64,000 bases of DNA, taken from NCBI GenBank assembly GCA_016789445.1, contig JAEUQT010000002.1, positions 227,857 to 291,856 on the forward strand, given 5' to 3'. The stretch comes from a bacterium (GTDB lineage: Bacteria; Patescibacteriota; Minisyncoccia; Phycocordibacterales; UBA2100). Made by a program: the position numbers and the translations under genes. Positions 46,339 through 55,891 of the stretch are shown piece by piece (position 1 is the stretch's first letter; each line of letters begins with the position of its first letter). The notes beneath the pieces are model-generated. The model ran no database searches, was not told the DNA's origin, and was given only the letters and a program-made list of their open reading frames with translations.

Positions 46339-47184
46339 ATGGGCGCTTGCAGGGTTCCGTTTCTCATCGGCCTTATGGCCGTTCTTTCATTGTGGGCGCC
46401 GGCCGCCTTCGCAGAAAGCGAGCAGGAAGCGGACGTGCGTGCTGCATTCGCCGATGTTCCGGCGATGATCTCCATCGCCCGTTGCGAATCGAAGTATACG
46501 CAGTTCGGCAAGGGAGGCACGGCGCTTCATGGCGGCTATGGCGGCAGGATGGTCGGTATTTTCCAGATTTACAGCGACGTCCATGCCGACTATGCGAAAG
46601 GTCTGGGCATGGATATCTATACGACCGAGGGGAATATCGCGTACGCACGGTTCTTATACCAGACGCAAGGAACCAAGCCATGGCTCTCATCGTTTCCCTG
46701 CTGGGGCGAAGACGTAGAATCCGCCGAGCGCGTCGAGGAAACGAGCGCACCCGCAGCAACAGCCGGTGTGTCATTAAGCGTAAACCTGAGTATGGGCATG
46801 GAACATCCGCAGGTCCTTACGCTCCAGAAGATCCTCAACACGAACGGATTCGTCCTCACCCACGACGGTCCCGGTTCTCCCGGTAACGAGACGAACCGGT
46901 ATGGGGCTCTGACGCGTGATGCGGTGCGTCGTTTCCAATGCACGCAGAAGATCGTGTGCGACGGCGATGAGCATTCGACGGGTTACGGATTCGTGGGTGC
47001 GCGTACGAGGGCAGCGCTCCTTGGCGGGGCGATAGCGGCTGCGCCGCAGTCGAAACCTGATCCGGTGCACTCAAATGCTTCTGCTCCTCAGGCATCGAAT
47101 GATGATGAGATTACGCGGTTGCAAGCCCAGATAGCTGAATTGACCAATGTGCTGGACGGGCTGCTCGCGACGCGCGCGTTGTAA
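46339..47184 (+). CDS. Secreted transglycosylase-like (Rpf-like) domain protein with a PG_binding_1 domain and C-terminal coiled coil
   Basis: IARCESKYTQFGKGG...GYGGRMVGIFQI resembles the Rpf/transglycosylase-like domain. PQVLTLQKILNTNGF...GALTRDAVRRFQ is a PG-binding domain. Confidence 0.55.
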   Translation: MGACRVPFLIGLMAVLSLWAPAAFAESEQEADVRAAFADVPAMISIARCESKYTQFGKGGTALHGGYGGRMVGIFQIYSDVHADYAKGLGMDIYTTEGNIAYARFLYQTQGTKPWLSSFPCWGEDVESAERVEETSAPAATAGVSLSVNLSMGMEHPQVLTLQKILNTNGFVLTHDGPGSPGNETNRYGALTRDAVRRFQCTQKIVCDGDEHSTGYGFVGARTRAALLGGAIAAAPQSKPDPVHSNASAPQASNDDEITRLQAQIAELTNVLDGLLATRAL

Positions 47185-47226
47185 TGCGCGGTATACTCGG
47201 GGAAGTGCAAAGAAAGGAGGATATCC

Positions 47227-47880
47227 ATGCAACGAATGTTGTATGTGCTTCTGTGCATGCTCTGCAGTATGCCGGCTGCGGCATATAAGTTGGTGCATGA
47301 GAATGACGAGGCCCCGTTCAAGTGGGGCAGTGCTGAGGTGGGTACCGGTGTGACGATCAGGTATACGCTCGCACGATCACGGTTCACGCTCGCCGGCGGA
47401 TTCAGTCGCGCGGCGTGCGACACCATCGATTCCCTGCGATCAATGCTCGAGAAGAGCGGGGTTGCTGAGGATTCATTCGTGCGAGAGATCCAACGTGGGA
47501 TCAATCAATGGTCCCGTGTCGCAAACGTACGCTTCGTGTATACGGAAGACGCTGCGGGCGCCGATGTGATCATCGGTGCCCAGGTACATCCCCAAGGCAC
47601 GGCATTCGCGAATGTGAAAGCGGTATCTGCGGAACCGATGCGTGTGGCCCATAAGGCGATCGTGTGTATCAACCCGCAACGCGCTCTTGTCGAGAAGCGT
47701 GGCGATTGTAAGACCCGCTTCAACATCGCCTATCTCTTCAGTCACGAGTTCGGCCATGTTCTTGGGCTCGATCACCCGGCGCCGCAAGGAAGCCTGATGG
47801 CATTCCGCTGTTCGGAAGATCAGCACCTTACCGCCGATGATGCTGCAGGAGCGCAGTATCTCTATGGCAGAGCACAATAG
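47227..47880 (+). CDS. Secreted matrixin-like zinc metalloprotease (M10 family)
   Basis: HEFGHVLGLDH (HExxHxxGxxH). Signal peptide. RBS aaggagg. Confidence 0.75.
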   Translation: MQRMLYVLLCMLCSMPAAAYKLVHENDEAPFKWGSAEVGTGVTIRYTLARSRFTLAGGFSRAACDTIDSLRSMLEKSGVAEDSFVREIQRGINQWSRVANVRFVYTEDAAGADVIIGAQVHPQGTAFANVKAVSAEPMRVAHKAIVCINPQRALVEKRGDCKTRFNIAYLFSHEFGHVLGLDHPAPQGSLMAFRCSEDQHLTADDAAGAQYLYGRAQ

Positions 47881-47906
47881 CCCCGATCACTGATCGGGGC
47901 TATTCC
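47876..47906. terminator. Bidirectional terminator (ccccgatc-actg-atcggggc)
   Basis: 8-bp stem between convergent genes. U-tract weak. Confidence 0.55.
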
Positions 47907-49969
47907 TATGAACGGGCAAGAGGAGCGAGGATCTTCTCAAGATCGTTGATACCCACCGGTTTCGTGAGGTGGTGATCGAATCCTGCTTCCTTTGAGCGTG
48001 ATTTGTCTTCTGCCTGACCGTAACCGGTGACCGCGATCATCGCGGCGGTATTGCCGCGACCACGCAACGTCCGTGCAACGTCGTATCCGCTCATGTCCGG
48101 TAGACCGATATCCAACATGATGATGTGCGGATCGAATTCGTCTGCCGCACGCAAAGTGCTCTCGCCATCATGGGTGAAGCGGACGCTGTACCCCTTGAAT
48201 TCCAGGAGCTTCCCGAGTGTCTCGCTTGCCGCGTGATTATCATCAACAAGAAGCACGCGCGTGCCACTTGCAGAACGCTCGATACGCATTGGATTGGCCT
48301 CTTTCGGCATCGCTGGCTGGATCGGGCTGACGGTAAGAAGGGGAAGACGCACCAGGAATTCACTGCCTTTTCCTTCGCCTTCGCTTCGGGCTTCGATCGT
48401 GCCGTCGTGGAGTTCGACGAGGCGTTTCGTGAGGGAAAGACCGATACCGAGCCCGCCGCTTCCGCCGTTCTTTGCGTTCACTTGGAGGAATGGTTCGAAA
48501 ACCTTCTGCAGCATGTGCCGCGGTATACCGATCCCGCTGTCTCTGACGCAGATAAGGGCCTTATCCTTTTCGCGAGCGACGCTGAGATTGATCTCGCCAC
48601 CCACTTCGGTGTATTTCGCGGCGTTGTGAAGCAGATTGACGATGATCTGCTCCAGACGGATGGGATCGGCTTCGAGCAGCAGTGTCTCGCTGTGCGGGAG
48701 TGTCACGTTGAATGCGAGATTACGCTTCTGCATGTAGCCGCTCATGCTCTCCACGGAGCTGCGCACCACCTGCACGATATCCAGCGTGGTCTTCTGGAGC
48801 TTGAGCTTCTGGTGCGTGATGCGGGAGATATCGAGGAGATCGTCGAGGAGACGCGCCATCGTACGCACGCGATCGCGCATGGTGTTGAGCATGCTGGGGA
48901 AATCCTTCGCATCAGGGCCGCGGAGCGTAAGCAGCTCGATCGTGGAGAGAAGCGGCGCAAGCGGATTGCGTAGCTCGTGTGCGAGCGTCGCGACGAATTG
49001 CGTCTTCGCATCGTCTTCTGATCGGATCTTGGTGAGTGCTTCCTGCAGCTGATCGATGTGTCCTTGGAGCCGTGCGGTCGCTGTGCGGCGCTCCTCTTCG
49101 ACGGCAGTGACCGTGAGGAAGATGACGGCGATGACGATAAGGAATATCTGCGTGAGGAAGAGAAGCTCTCCGGTCGGGACGTTCGTCGGGCCCGTCGCAT
49201 ATCCTAAGCCGGTACCGATGAGCGCAAGCACGCTCGTCCCGAAGAGCGCGAGCGTCATGAACCGCGATCCGAGACGAAGTGCGATCCAGAAGAGGGGCGG
49301 GAAGATCGCATAGACCAAGGGGATTCCGTTGATCTGTTCTATGGGCGTGAAAAAAAGGAATGCATAGACACCGAAAAGAAGTGTCATTGCCGTGACGATC
49401 TCAACGACCTCACGCCAAGTACGTTCGAAGATAGGATGTGCTATCCAGCGTATGAGGAAGGGTGCGAGTATGAGAAGGCTCATCACATGACCGATCCACC
49501 ACGAACCGACGGATATCGGCATCGGATTGCCACCGAGGAACTGGTTCACTTCATACGCGATGGTGCCGATGGACGGGACGATGGTGCTCATGGCGAGCGC
49601 GACGGCGGTCAGCCAGAAGATGTCGCGCATCCGGCGCAGGCTCGCCTTGAAGCCGACGTACTTAAGAAGCGACGCTCCCGTCACTGCCTGTATCGAGTTG
49701 CCAAGGACATATGCGAGAAGAAGCACCATTGGTGTGCCGTGGATGGAATAACTCAACAGTGTGGCGAAGAAGATCGCCGGCCAGAAGCGGATGCCCGCAA
49801 TGACCAGTGAGGCGAGGGCGATACCGCTATGGAAGGGGAAGATCGCGGGGGAGGAATAGAACGTGAATGAGAGCTCGGTGCCGAGGAAGACTCCGGTGAA
49901 GACGATGAATGCACTGATGACGTCCCGCAGATCAAAGCGCGGAAGCGAGACGGACAGGCGCGCTGGCAT
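47906..49969 (-). CDS. Hybrid sensor histidine kinase, paralogue of 30497-32557 (multi-TM sensor, HisKA, HATPase_c, REC)
   Basis: Same architecture and motifs (AHELRNPLAPL, NLLHNAAKYT, DSGIGI, LLVDDN...MLDIGLPDMSG). Confidence 0.85.
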   Translation of the reverse strand: MPARLSVSLPRFDLRDVISAFIVFTGVFLGTELSFTFYSSPAIFPFHSGIALASLVIAGIRFWPAIFFATLLSYSIHGTPMVLLLAYVLGNSIQAVTGASLLKYVGFKASLRRMRDIFWLTAVALAMSTIVPSIGTIAYEVNQFLGGNPMPISVGSWWIGHVMSLLILAPFLIRWIAHPIFERTWREVVEIVTAMTLLFGVYAFLFFTPIEQINGIPLVYAIFPPLFWIALRLGSRFMTLALFGTSVLALIGTGLGYATGPTNVPTGELLFLTQIFLIVIAVIFLTVTAVEEERRTATARLQGHIDQLQEALTKIRSEDDAKTQFVATLAHELRNPLAPLLSTIELLTLRGPDAKDFPSMLNTMRDRVRTMARLLDDLLDISRITHQKLKLQKTTLDIVQVVRSSVESMSGYMQKRNLAFNVTLPHSETLLLEADPIRLEQIIVNLLHNAAKYTEVGGEINLSVAREKDKALICVRDSGIGIPRHMLQKVFEPFLQVNAKNGGSGGLGIGLSLTKRLVELHDGTIEARSEGEGKGSEFLVRLPLLTVSPIQPAMPKEANPMRIERSASGTRVLLVDDNHAASETLGKLLEFKGYSVRFTHDGESTLRAADEFDPHIIMLDIGLPDMSGYDVARTLRGRGNTAAMIAVTGYGQAEDKSRSKEAGFDHHLTKPVGINDLEKILAPLARS

Positions 49970-50108
49970 GGTGGCATTCTATGAATTCTGGGTGGAGAAG
50001 CAATGAAATCCCCTTCATGGAGAAGGTGTTGCGCTTTCGTGGAAAACGTGGTATTAAGACGAGCCTTCACAGGGCATTTATCACGGGGGGAAATAATCTT
50101 TACACGCT

Positions 50109-50645
50109 ATGTCTATCGCACGTATTTCGAGCATTTCGGTTCTCATCGCGGCCCTCGTTGTCATGCCATCGTTTGCTTCGGCATTCGTCGAGTACGGCGC
50201 GTTCCGAGCGAGCCCGGCCCCGTACTCGCAGCTCTACTACCAGCCGATGTATGCCTACGCGGCTACGCCGGTACTCAACAAGTACCAGCAGGGCTCGGGA
50301 TATGGCTACGGTTCGTACCCGAACTACGACACCAATCCTTCGTACTACTCGTACGCGAACAACCAGTACCTCCCGCAGTACGGTAACTACTCAGCGACGT
50401 ATCCGCAGTACAACTACGCATATCCGCAGCAGTACAACGCTCCGTATGCTACCTACGCACCGTATGGTCAGAACGTGAGCATGTACGGTCAGCCGGTCCC
50501 GTATAACTACGGCTATCCGACCGGCGAGACGATGCCATGGCTCGGCGGTCAGATGTGCACCTTCCCGGATTACGAAGGTCGCGCACTCTGCGGCTCGAAT
50601 CCGAGCCAGAAGGTTTACGATCACTGGACCGGATCCTGGTACTAA
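50109..50645 (+). CDS. Secreted Tyr/Pro/Gln/Asn-rich low-complexity protein
   Basis: Signal peptide. About 20% Tyr in short Y-x-Y/PQY repeats. Two Cys near the C-terminus. Confidence 0.5.
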   Translation: MSIARISSISVLIAALVVMPSFASAFVEYGAFRASPAPYSQLYYQPMYAYAATPVLNKYQQGSGYGYGSYPNYDTNPSYYSYANNQYLPQYGNYSATYPQYNYAYPQQYNAPYATYAPYGQNVSMYGQPVPYNYGYPTGETMPWLGGQMCTFPDYEGRALCGSNPSQKVYDHWTGSWY

Positions 50646-50656
50646 ACTCATTCCTC

Positions 50657-50685
50657 AGAAAACCGCCCGAAAGGGCGGTTTTTTG
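50657..50685. terminator. Bidirectional rho-independent terminator (aaaaaccgccc-gaaa-gggcggtttttt)
   Basis: Textbook hairpin with A6/T6 between convergent genes. Confidence 0.75.
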
Positions 50686-52113
50686 CTAGAAGCCGAGTCG
50701 CGCAAGGAATGTCGCGATGGTGCTTGGCGCCTGCGGGGTTGTTGGTTTCGCCGATGCGGGAACATCGAAAATCGAACGGCCTACTTTTTCTCCCTTGATG
50801 TGCCGCGCGATCTTCGAGGCACCATGCAGTGAGGGAAGGATGCCGATGCCGTTACACCCGAGGTTGTAGAGGAGTACCGGGTTCTTCGGCTCCGGTCCCA
50901 CGAGGCGTACGCCGTTCTTGGTGTAGCCCATGAGTCCGTGCCACGTGAAGACGTAATCGATTTTCTTGTTCGGTTCGGTGTCGTACGTGCTGGTGATGAA
51001 GTCATCGATGTCTTTGGCATGTTCTTCCGGATAATCGTCTTCACGTGAGTACGGTGTCGTGTCTTCAATAGAGACATCCGGCCCGCCGATGGAGATGAGG
51101 TTGTGCTGAACGCCTTTTTCGTATTCATAGGGGCGGCGGGTGAGATAGAAGTACGAATTATCCTCTTGGATCCCCGGATCGGTGAAGTAACTGATAGCGA
51201 CCGGTGGCTTGTTATTCTTCTCCAGATAGCCCGACATGTAGCCGGTCTTTCCCGTCACCAGGTAGTGATACTTCGTATCGATATCCAAGCCGCTTTCATT
51301 GAAGATACGGAGATTCTCGAAACCATTCGTGCACAAGACGACGCGTGCAGCACGTACCGCGTGCTTTCCGGCATCCAAGACCGCGTGATCGCTGTGAAGC
51401 GCGATCTTGCCGATCGGCGAGTGCTCATAGATCGCGAAACGATCCTCGTATTCCTTCGCCAGGAATGCGACCACCTTCTCACAGAAGAGCGCACTGTTGA
51501 TGACTCCTTTCTGATACGAAAGGACTGCAATGAAATCCGATCGCGTCGTCTCGAGGAGGTCCAGGATCTTCTCGCGCTTTACGAGCGAATAGAGACCGAC
51601 GTAGCGATGGGGGATGCGTGAGACGAATCCGGCATCTTCGCGTATGAAGATACGTTCGATGTGTAAGCCTGCCTCTTTGCGGAGGCGGTTGTTCTCGAGC
51701 CGGAGCATGACCTGTTCCGCGCTCGTGAATCCCGTGCGACCCATGAATTTGAAATAGGGGATCTCAAGCTTCGCTTTCGCATAGATATGATCGAGTATGT
51801 CCCATGCGTCCTCGACATCCTTCTGGCCTTTGGCCGCGAGTTCGAGACCGAATTCGTCGGACAGGCTCCTGAGACCGCGTTCGAAATGTGCCACCACTTG
51901 TCCGGCGTTGTGTCCGGTCGCGCCATGCGCGATCTTCCAGCGCTCGAGTACCGCGACTTTCTTTGTGGTCTTCTCCAGGATCTCGAATGCGGTAGAGATT
52001 CCGGCGATACCCGCGCCGACGATAGCGACATCGGTCTCGATATCACGATGCAATTCCTCGTGTGCACGCGTAGTATCGAGCTGATGCAGCCAGGGAGAGA
52101 CATTCTTCCTCAT
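50686..52113 (-). CDS. FAD-dependent oxidoreductase (DAO / glycine-oxidase-like fold)
   Basis: N-terminal dinucleotide-binding VAIVGAGIAGISTA. Length 475 aa. Confidence 0.7.
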   Translation of the reverse strand: MRKNVSPWLHQLDTTRAHEELHRDIETDVAIVGAGIAGISTAFEILEKTTKKVAVLERWKIAHGATGHNAGQVVAHFERGLRSLSDEFGLELAAKGQKDVEDAWDILDHIYAKAKLEIPYFKFMGRTGFTSAEQVMLRLENNRLRKEAGLHIERIFIREDAGFVSRIPHRYVGLYSLVKREKILDLLETTRSDFIAVLSYQKGVINSALFCEKVVAFLAKEYEDRFAIYEHSPIGKIALHSDHAVLDAGKHAVRAARVVLCTNGFENLRIFNESGLDIDTKYHYLVTGKTGYMSGYLEKNNKPPVAISYFTDPGIQEDNSYFYLTRRPYEYEKGVQHNLISIGGPDVSIEDTTPYSREDDYPEEHAKDIDDFITSTYDTEPNKKIDYVFTWHGLMGYTKNGVRLVGPEPKNPVLLYNLGCNGIGILPSLHGASKIARHIKGEKVGRSIFDVPASAKPTTPQAPSTIATFLARLGF

Positions 52114-52147
52114 CGCGAACAGTATACCCGACGAGGTAAACGGATAT

Positions 52148-52582
52148 TCACTTTTTTGAACACTTCACGCAGCGGCAATTGCCCGCCAAGTGCATCTCGA
52201 AGTATTCCTCGCCGTAATCATAGGAGAGCTCTTCTCCGGGCTTGATGGTGCGGAGGGCGAAGAGGTATACGCGACGGGCGCGGATATCGATCTCGCAGTT
52301 CGGTGCGCACGAATGGTTGATGAAGCGGGCCTTGTTCGCGGCTATGTTGCCGTCGATCATCGAGGTATCCGACGTCCAGAAGAGATACTTCCCGCGGTTC
52401 TCCTTGATCTGCTTCGCGGTGGCAGGGCGTCCCGTGTATTCGATGACACAGGCTCCTTTCGGTATACGCTCTTCGGTGAAGAGACCGCGACCGCTATGCG
52501 AGCGCCGCACGTTGAGCGTGAGAGGAAGGGGCTTGAAGTGGCGCTTCATCGGGGAAGGATACCATCCTTCATCCAGACCCAA
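52148..52582 (-). CDS. SET-domain protein-lysine methyltransferase-like protein
   Basis: RFINHSCAPNC, ELSYDYG and post-SET Cys cluster CRCVKC. Alternative start at 52549. Confidence 0.75.
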   Translation of the reverse strand: MGLDEGWYPSPMKRHFKPLPLTLNVRRSHSGRGLFTEERIPKGACVIEYTGRPATAKQIKENRGKYLFWTSDTSMIDGNIAANKARFINHSCAPNCEIDIRARRVYLFALRTIKPGEELSYDYGEEYFEMHLAGNCRCVKCSKK

Positions 52583-52763
52583 TCAAGTACCGTTAGATTG
52601 AGGAAATGAGCAGTATCAGGCAAAAAAGAGCCCGAGAAGCCTCCGAAAGGAGGGGTTCCAACGGTCGTCAGGAGCATAAAGGCGGTGCAGGGAGCTCCAA
52701 TCGGGCTACTGGCGGCAAGCTCGCACGGTAGGAATCGGGCTGCCAAGCGGCACTTGACGGCCA

Positions 52764-52792
52764 TTGACTTTAGGGCCGAATCGTGCTATTAT
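52764..52792 (+). promoter_or_regulatory. Sigma-70-like promoter: TTGACT, 17-nt spacer, TATTAT
   Basis: Near-consensus hexamers 34-60 nt upstream of the 3D-domain gene ATG. A 7-bp hairpin gtaaggg-ttttt-cccttac lies in the short leader. Confidence 0.45.
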
Positions 52793-52825
52793 GGCTCTAC
52801 GTAAGGGTTTTTCCCTTACCCGCAT

Positions 52826-53422
52826 ATGAATCTCGCGATTACGACCCTAACGGGTCTTTTTGTTTGGTCGAGTGTGGCGACGTCGTCGGTCCTAACCACC
52901 CAGACGGCCCCAGCCCCGCTCGCCGAACCGGCACCGCTTGCGGCTGCCCCTGCGAAGGAAGTGTCCGTCATGCTGACGGGCTATAACGCCGTACCTGAGC
53001 AGACCGACCACGATCCGTTTACGACGGCCTCCGGTGCGTATTCCAATCCTGAGATTATTGTTGCGGTCTCCCGTGATCTTCGCTACGGCGCGCTTCCGTT
53101 CGGAACCGTCATCGCGCTTGAATATGATGGTGTCTCGAACAGCTGTGGCTTCCGTAAGGTGGAACACCTCATCGGCTACCGTGTCGTCGCCGACCAGATG
53201 CATCCGCGCTGGGAGAAGAAGATCGACATCCTGCTCGATCAGGAAGATACGGTCTCCATCGCGGTCAACGGCCAGCCTCCACGTGAGACGAATCCGGCTC
53301 GTGCGCTCGGCGAGTGCCGCGGTGTCACTGCCCGTGTGGTTGGTAAGATCGACATCAAGGACATCCCGAATTCCCAAGCGAAGCTTGCGGCGATGGTCAA
53401 TCGTACGCTTGCCTCGAAGTAA
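52826..53422 (+). CDS. Secreted 3D-domain (MltA/YuiC-like) cell-wall protein
   Basis: MLTGYNAVPEQTDHDPFTTASGAYS...IVAVSRD...GTVIALEYDG carries the conserved Asp triad pattern of 3D domains. Confidence 0.65.
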   Translation: MNLAITTLTGLFVWSSVATSSVLTTQTAPAPLAEPAPLAAAPAKEVSVMLTGYNAVPEQTDHDPFTTASGAYSNPEIIVAVSRDLRYGALPFGTVIALEYDGVSNSCGFRKVEHLIGYRVVADQMHPRWEKKIDILLDQEDTVSIAVNGQPPRETNPARALGECRGVTARVVGKIDIKDIPNSQAKLAAMVNRTLASK

Positions 53423-53433
53423 TCACTCACTAC

Positions 53434-53468
53434 AAAAAGCCGCGCACGAGAGTGCGCGGCTTTTTGTA
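53434..53468. terminator. Bidirectional rho-independent terminator (agccgcgcac-gaga-gtgcgcggct + ttttt)
   Basis: 10-bp stem with A5/T5 flanks between convergent genes. Confidence 0.75.
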
Positions 53469-53471
53469 TAT

Positions 53472-54899
53472 CTAATGGAGATTCACCGCGTGCGAGGAAG
53501 CCCGCATGTTGCGCAAGAAGACGCCGGCGACTATCGCGGCGATGGCAGCGAAGATCGCACCGAAGAAGAATGCCGCGTGATACCCGCTGTTGAGCGCGGG
53601 AACGTACTCCATGCCGTCGGCGATGAGATGCTGTGTGCGGGATGCAGCGATCGACGCGAGGACGGCAAGGCCTAATGAGCCGCCCATCATGAACGCGGTA
53701 TTCACGACGCCGGATGCGAGACCGGAATCTTCTTCTTTGACATCGCTCATTGCCGCAAGAAGGACCGGATTGAATGCGAGTCCGGCACCGAGGCCGAGGA
53801 GCGACATTGCCGGCAACACGTGGATGAGGAAATTACCGTTCACCGGCGCCATCGCGAAAAGCAGCAGGCCAAGCGAGATGCTTGCCATACCGATCGTAAG
53901 CGGCCAGCGGAATCCGAAACGGTTTACCGCCCATGCGGAAAGGCCGAGGCTGAAAGCCGCCATGATGAGATTGCCCGGTAAGAAGGCGAGTCCGACTTTC
54001 AGGGGATCGTAGCCAAGGACGATCTGGAGATAGAGCGCCGAGACGAAGAACCAGCTGAACATCGCCGCCGACCACAGGATGCCAACGATGTTCGCGACGG
54101 CGACGCTTCTCAGCTTGAAGATCGAAAGCGGCATGAGGGGATGCGTGACGCGCGATTCGATCCACAAGAACGCCGCCATGAGTACCGCTGCGGCACCCAA
54201 GAAGCCGAGAGTCTCGGTGGAGAGCCAGCCTGCCTGATTGCCGCCGACGATGCCATAGACCGCGAGCATAAGTGAGGCGGTCACGGCAACCGCTCCCCAG
54301 AGATCGAGTTTGCCCGGATGATCCTCTCGACGTGAGTGCGGCAGAAGATAGAGGCAGGCGATGAAGACGCCGATACCGATCGGGATATTCACGAGGAAGT
54401 TCCAGTGCCAGTCGAAATTGCCGGTCAGTATTCCGCCAAGCAGAACGCCGACGGAGCCTCCTCCTGCGGAGATGAACCCGATGATACCCATTGCACGGGC
54501 GCGTTCCTTCGGTTCTTGGAAGAGATTCATGATGAGCGAGAGCGCGATGGCTCCGACGATCGCACCGCCGATGCCTTGAAGTGCGCGCGCCACGATAAGC
54601 GTCGTCTGGGTATCGGCGACGCCGCACGCAAGCGACGCGAGCGTGAAGATGGTGAGGCCGACGAGAAAGAGGCGGCGTTGGCCGAAGAGATCCCCCAAGC
54701 GCCCGCCTAAGAGCAGGAAGCCGGCAAAAGTGAGCATGTAGGCGTTCACGACCCACACCAGCGAGGTCTCACTGAAGCCGAGATCAGCCTTAATGGAAGG
54801 GAGTGCGACATTCACGATGGTCGTGTCGAGCACGATCATGAGATCTCCCAGGCAGAGGACTATGAGCGCGAGCCAGCGCTTATCTAGTGAAGCGAGCAT
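53472..54899 (-). CDS. MFS transporter, DHA2 (14-TMS drug:H+ antiporter) family
   Basis: LDTTIVNVALPSI, GRLGDLFGQRR motif A. 14 predicted TM helices. Confidence 0.9.
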   Translation of the reverse strand: MLASLDKRWLALIVLCLGDLMIVLDTTIVNVALPSIKADLGFSETSLVWVVNAYMLTFAGFLLLGGRLGDLFGQRRLFLVGLTIFTLASLACGVADTQTTLIVARALQGIGGAIVGAIALSLIMNLFQEPKERARAMGIIGFISAGGGSVGVLLGGILTGNFDWHWNFLVNIPIGIGVFIACLYLLPHSRREDHPGKLDLWGAVAVTASLMLAVYGIVGGNQAGWLSTETLGFLGAAAVLMAAFLWIESRVTHPLMPLSIFKLRSVAVANIVGILWSAAMFSWFFVSALYLQIVLGYDPLKVGLAFLPGNLIMAAFSLGLSAWAVNRFGFRWPLTIGMASISLGLLLFAMAPVNGNFLIHVLPAMSLLGLGAGLAFNPVLLAAMSDVKEEDSGLASGVVNTAFMMGGSLGLAVLASIAASRTQHLIADGMEYVPALNSGYHAAFFFGAIFAAIAAIVAGVFLRNMRASSHAVNLH

Positions 54900-54905
54900 G
54901 GATGA

Positions 54906-55841
54906 TTAGTGGCCGTTGAATGCGCTCTCGAGCTTGGCGATATCGATCTTCTGCATCTGCATCATCGCTTGGAGTGCGCGGTTGGATTTCTCCTGATCGG
55001 GATCACTGAGAAGTTCCATCATGCGCTTCGGGACGATCTGCCACGAGACGCCGAATTTATCCTTCACCCAGCCGCATTGGCTATCCTGCCCGCCACCCGC
55101 AGTGAGCTTCTGCCAGATGGCATCGGTCTCGGCCTGATCGGCAGTCTCGATGACAAGGGAGCCTCCTTCGTTGAAGGTGAAGTGGTGTCCCGTATGTGCG
55201 CTGTCCATCGCGGTGAGCCACTGTCCGGCGAGCTTTGCTTCGCCGAACATGAGAGTGCCTTCCTTGTCGTGTGGCATTCCAGCAGGATATTTCGCGAGTT
55301 GTCCCACTTTCGAATCACCGCCGAATACGGAGACATACAGATTGAGTGCTTCTTCAGCGTGACCCGCTGCTCTCTGGGTAAAGAGAAGCGATGGGATCAT
55401 GCGTGGACGCTCTTCACCTGCAGGATCGGTAAAGATGAGCTGCCACGACGTACCGAAACGATCTTGGACCCAGCCATAGCGCTTCGAGAACGGATATTCC
55501 TGCAGCGGCATGAGGATCTTCCCGCCTTCGGTGAGCTTTGCCCACATCGCATCGATATCGCTTGCGGCGTTCGGATTATGCAGCGGATCGAAATTGACGA
55601 AGAAGGAGAGTGACGGATTCATCGTGAAGGTGGGGCCGCCGTCAAGCGCTTGAAAGGTGAGACCATCGAGTGTGAATACCGCGGTGAGGATTTTCCCACC
55701 CATACCTTCCATCGGCCCGCCCATCCCTTCCGGATAGCGCTTGATCGAATCGATCTTCGAATTCGGGAAGACAGATGTATAAAAATTGACCGCTTCTTCG
55801 CAGTTGTTGTCGAACCACAGGCACGGGGTGATCTTTTGCAT
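54906..55841 (-). CDS. Tandem VOC/PhnB-like (glyoxalase-fold) domain protein
   Basis: Two repeats each starting ITPCLWFDNN.../...FTQRAAGHAEEALNLYVSVF and ending GxxWQ(L/I). The ORF could extend to 55883. Confidence 0.6.
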   Translation of the reverse strand: MQKITPCLWFDNNCEEAVNFYTSVFPNSKIDSIKRYPEGMGGPMEGMGGKILTAVFTLDGLTFQALDGGPTFTMNPSLSFFVNFDPLHNPNAASDIDAMWAKLTEGGKILMPLQEYPFSKRYGWVQDRFGTSWQLIFTDPAGEERPRMIPSLLFTQRAAGHAEEALNLYVSVFGGDSKVGQLAKYPAGMPHDKEGTLMFGEAKLAGQWLTAMDSAHTGHHFTFNEGGSLVIETADQAETDAIWQKLTAGGGQDSQCGWVKDKFGVSWQIVPKRMMELLSDPDQEKSNRALQAMMQMQKIDIAKLESAFNGH

Positions 55842-55891
55842 AGGAAGAGTATGAGTGATGACTATTACGGATGAGTGTAGCAAATCGGTAC

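Noticed and set aside
52754-52759. Second -35-like hexamer TTGACG 10 nt upstream of the TTGACT promoter
   Set aside because: Its spacing to the TATTAT -10 would be 27 nt. It may be coincidental or a weak alternative, and it is not annotated separately.
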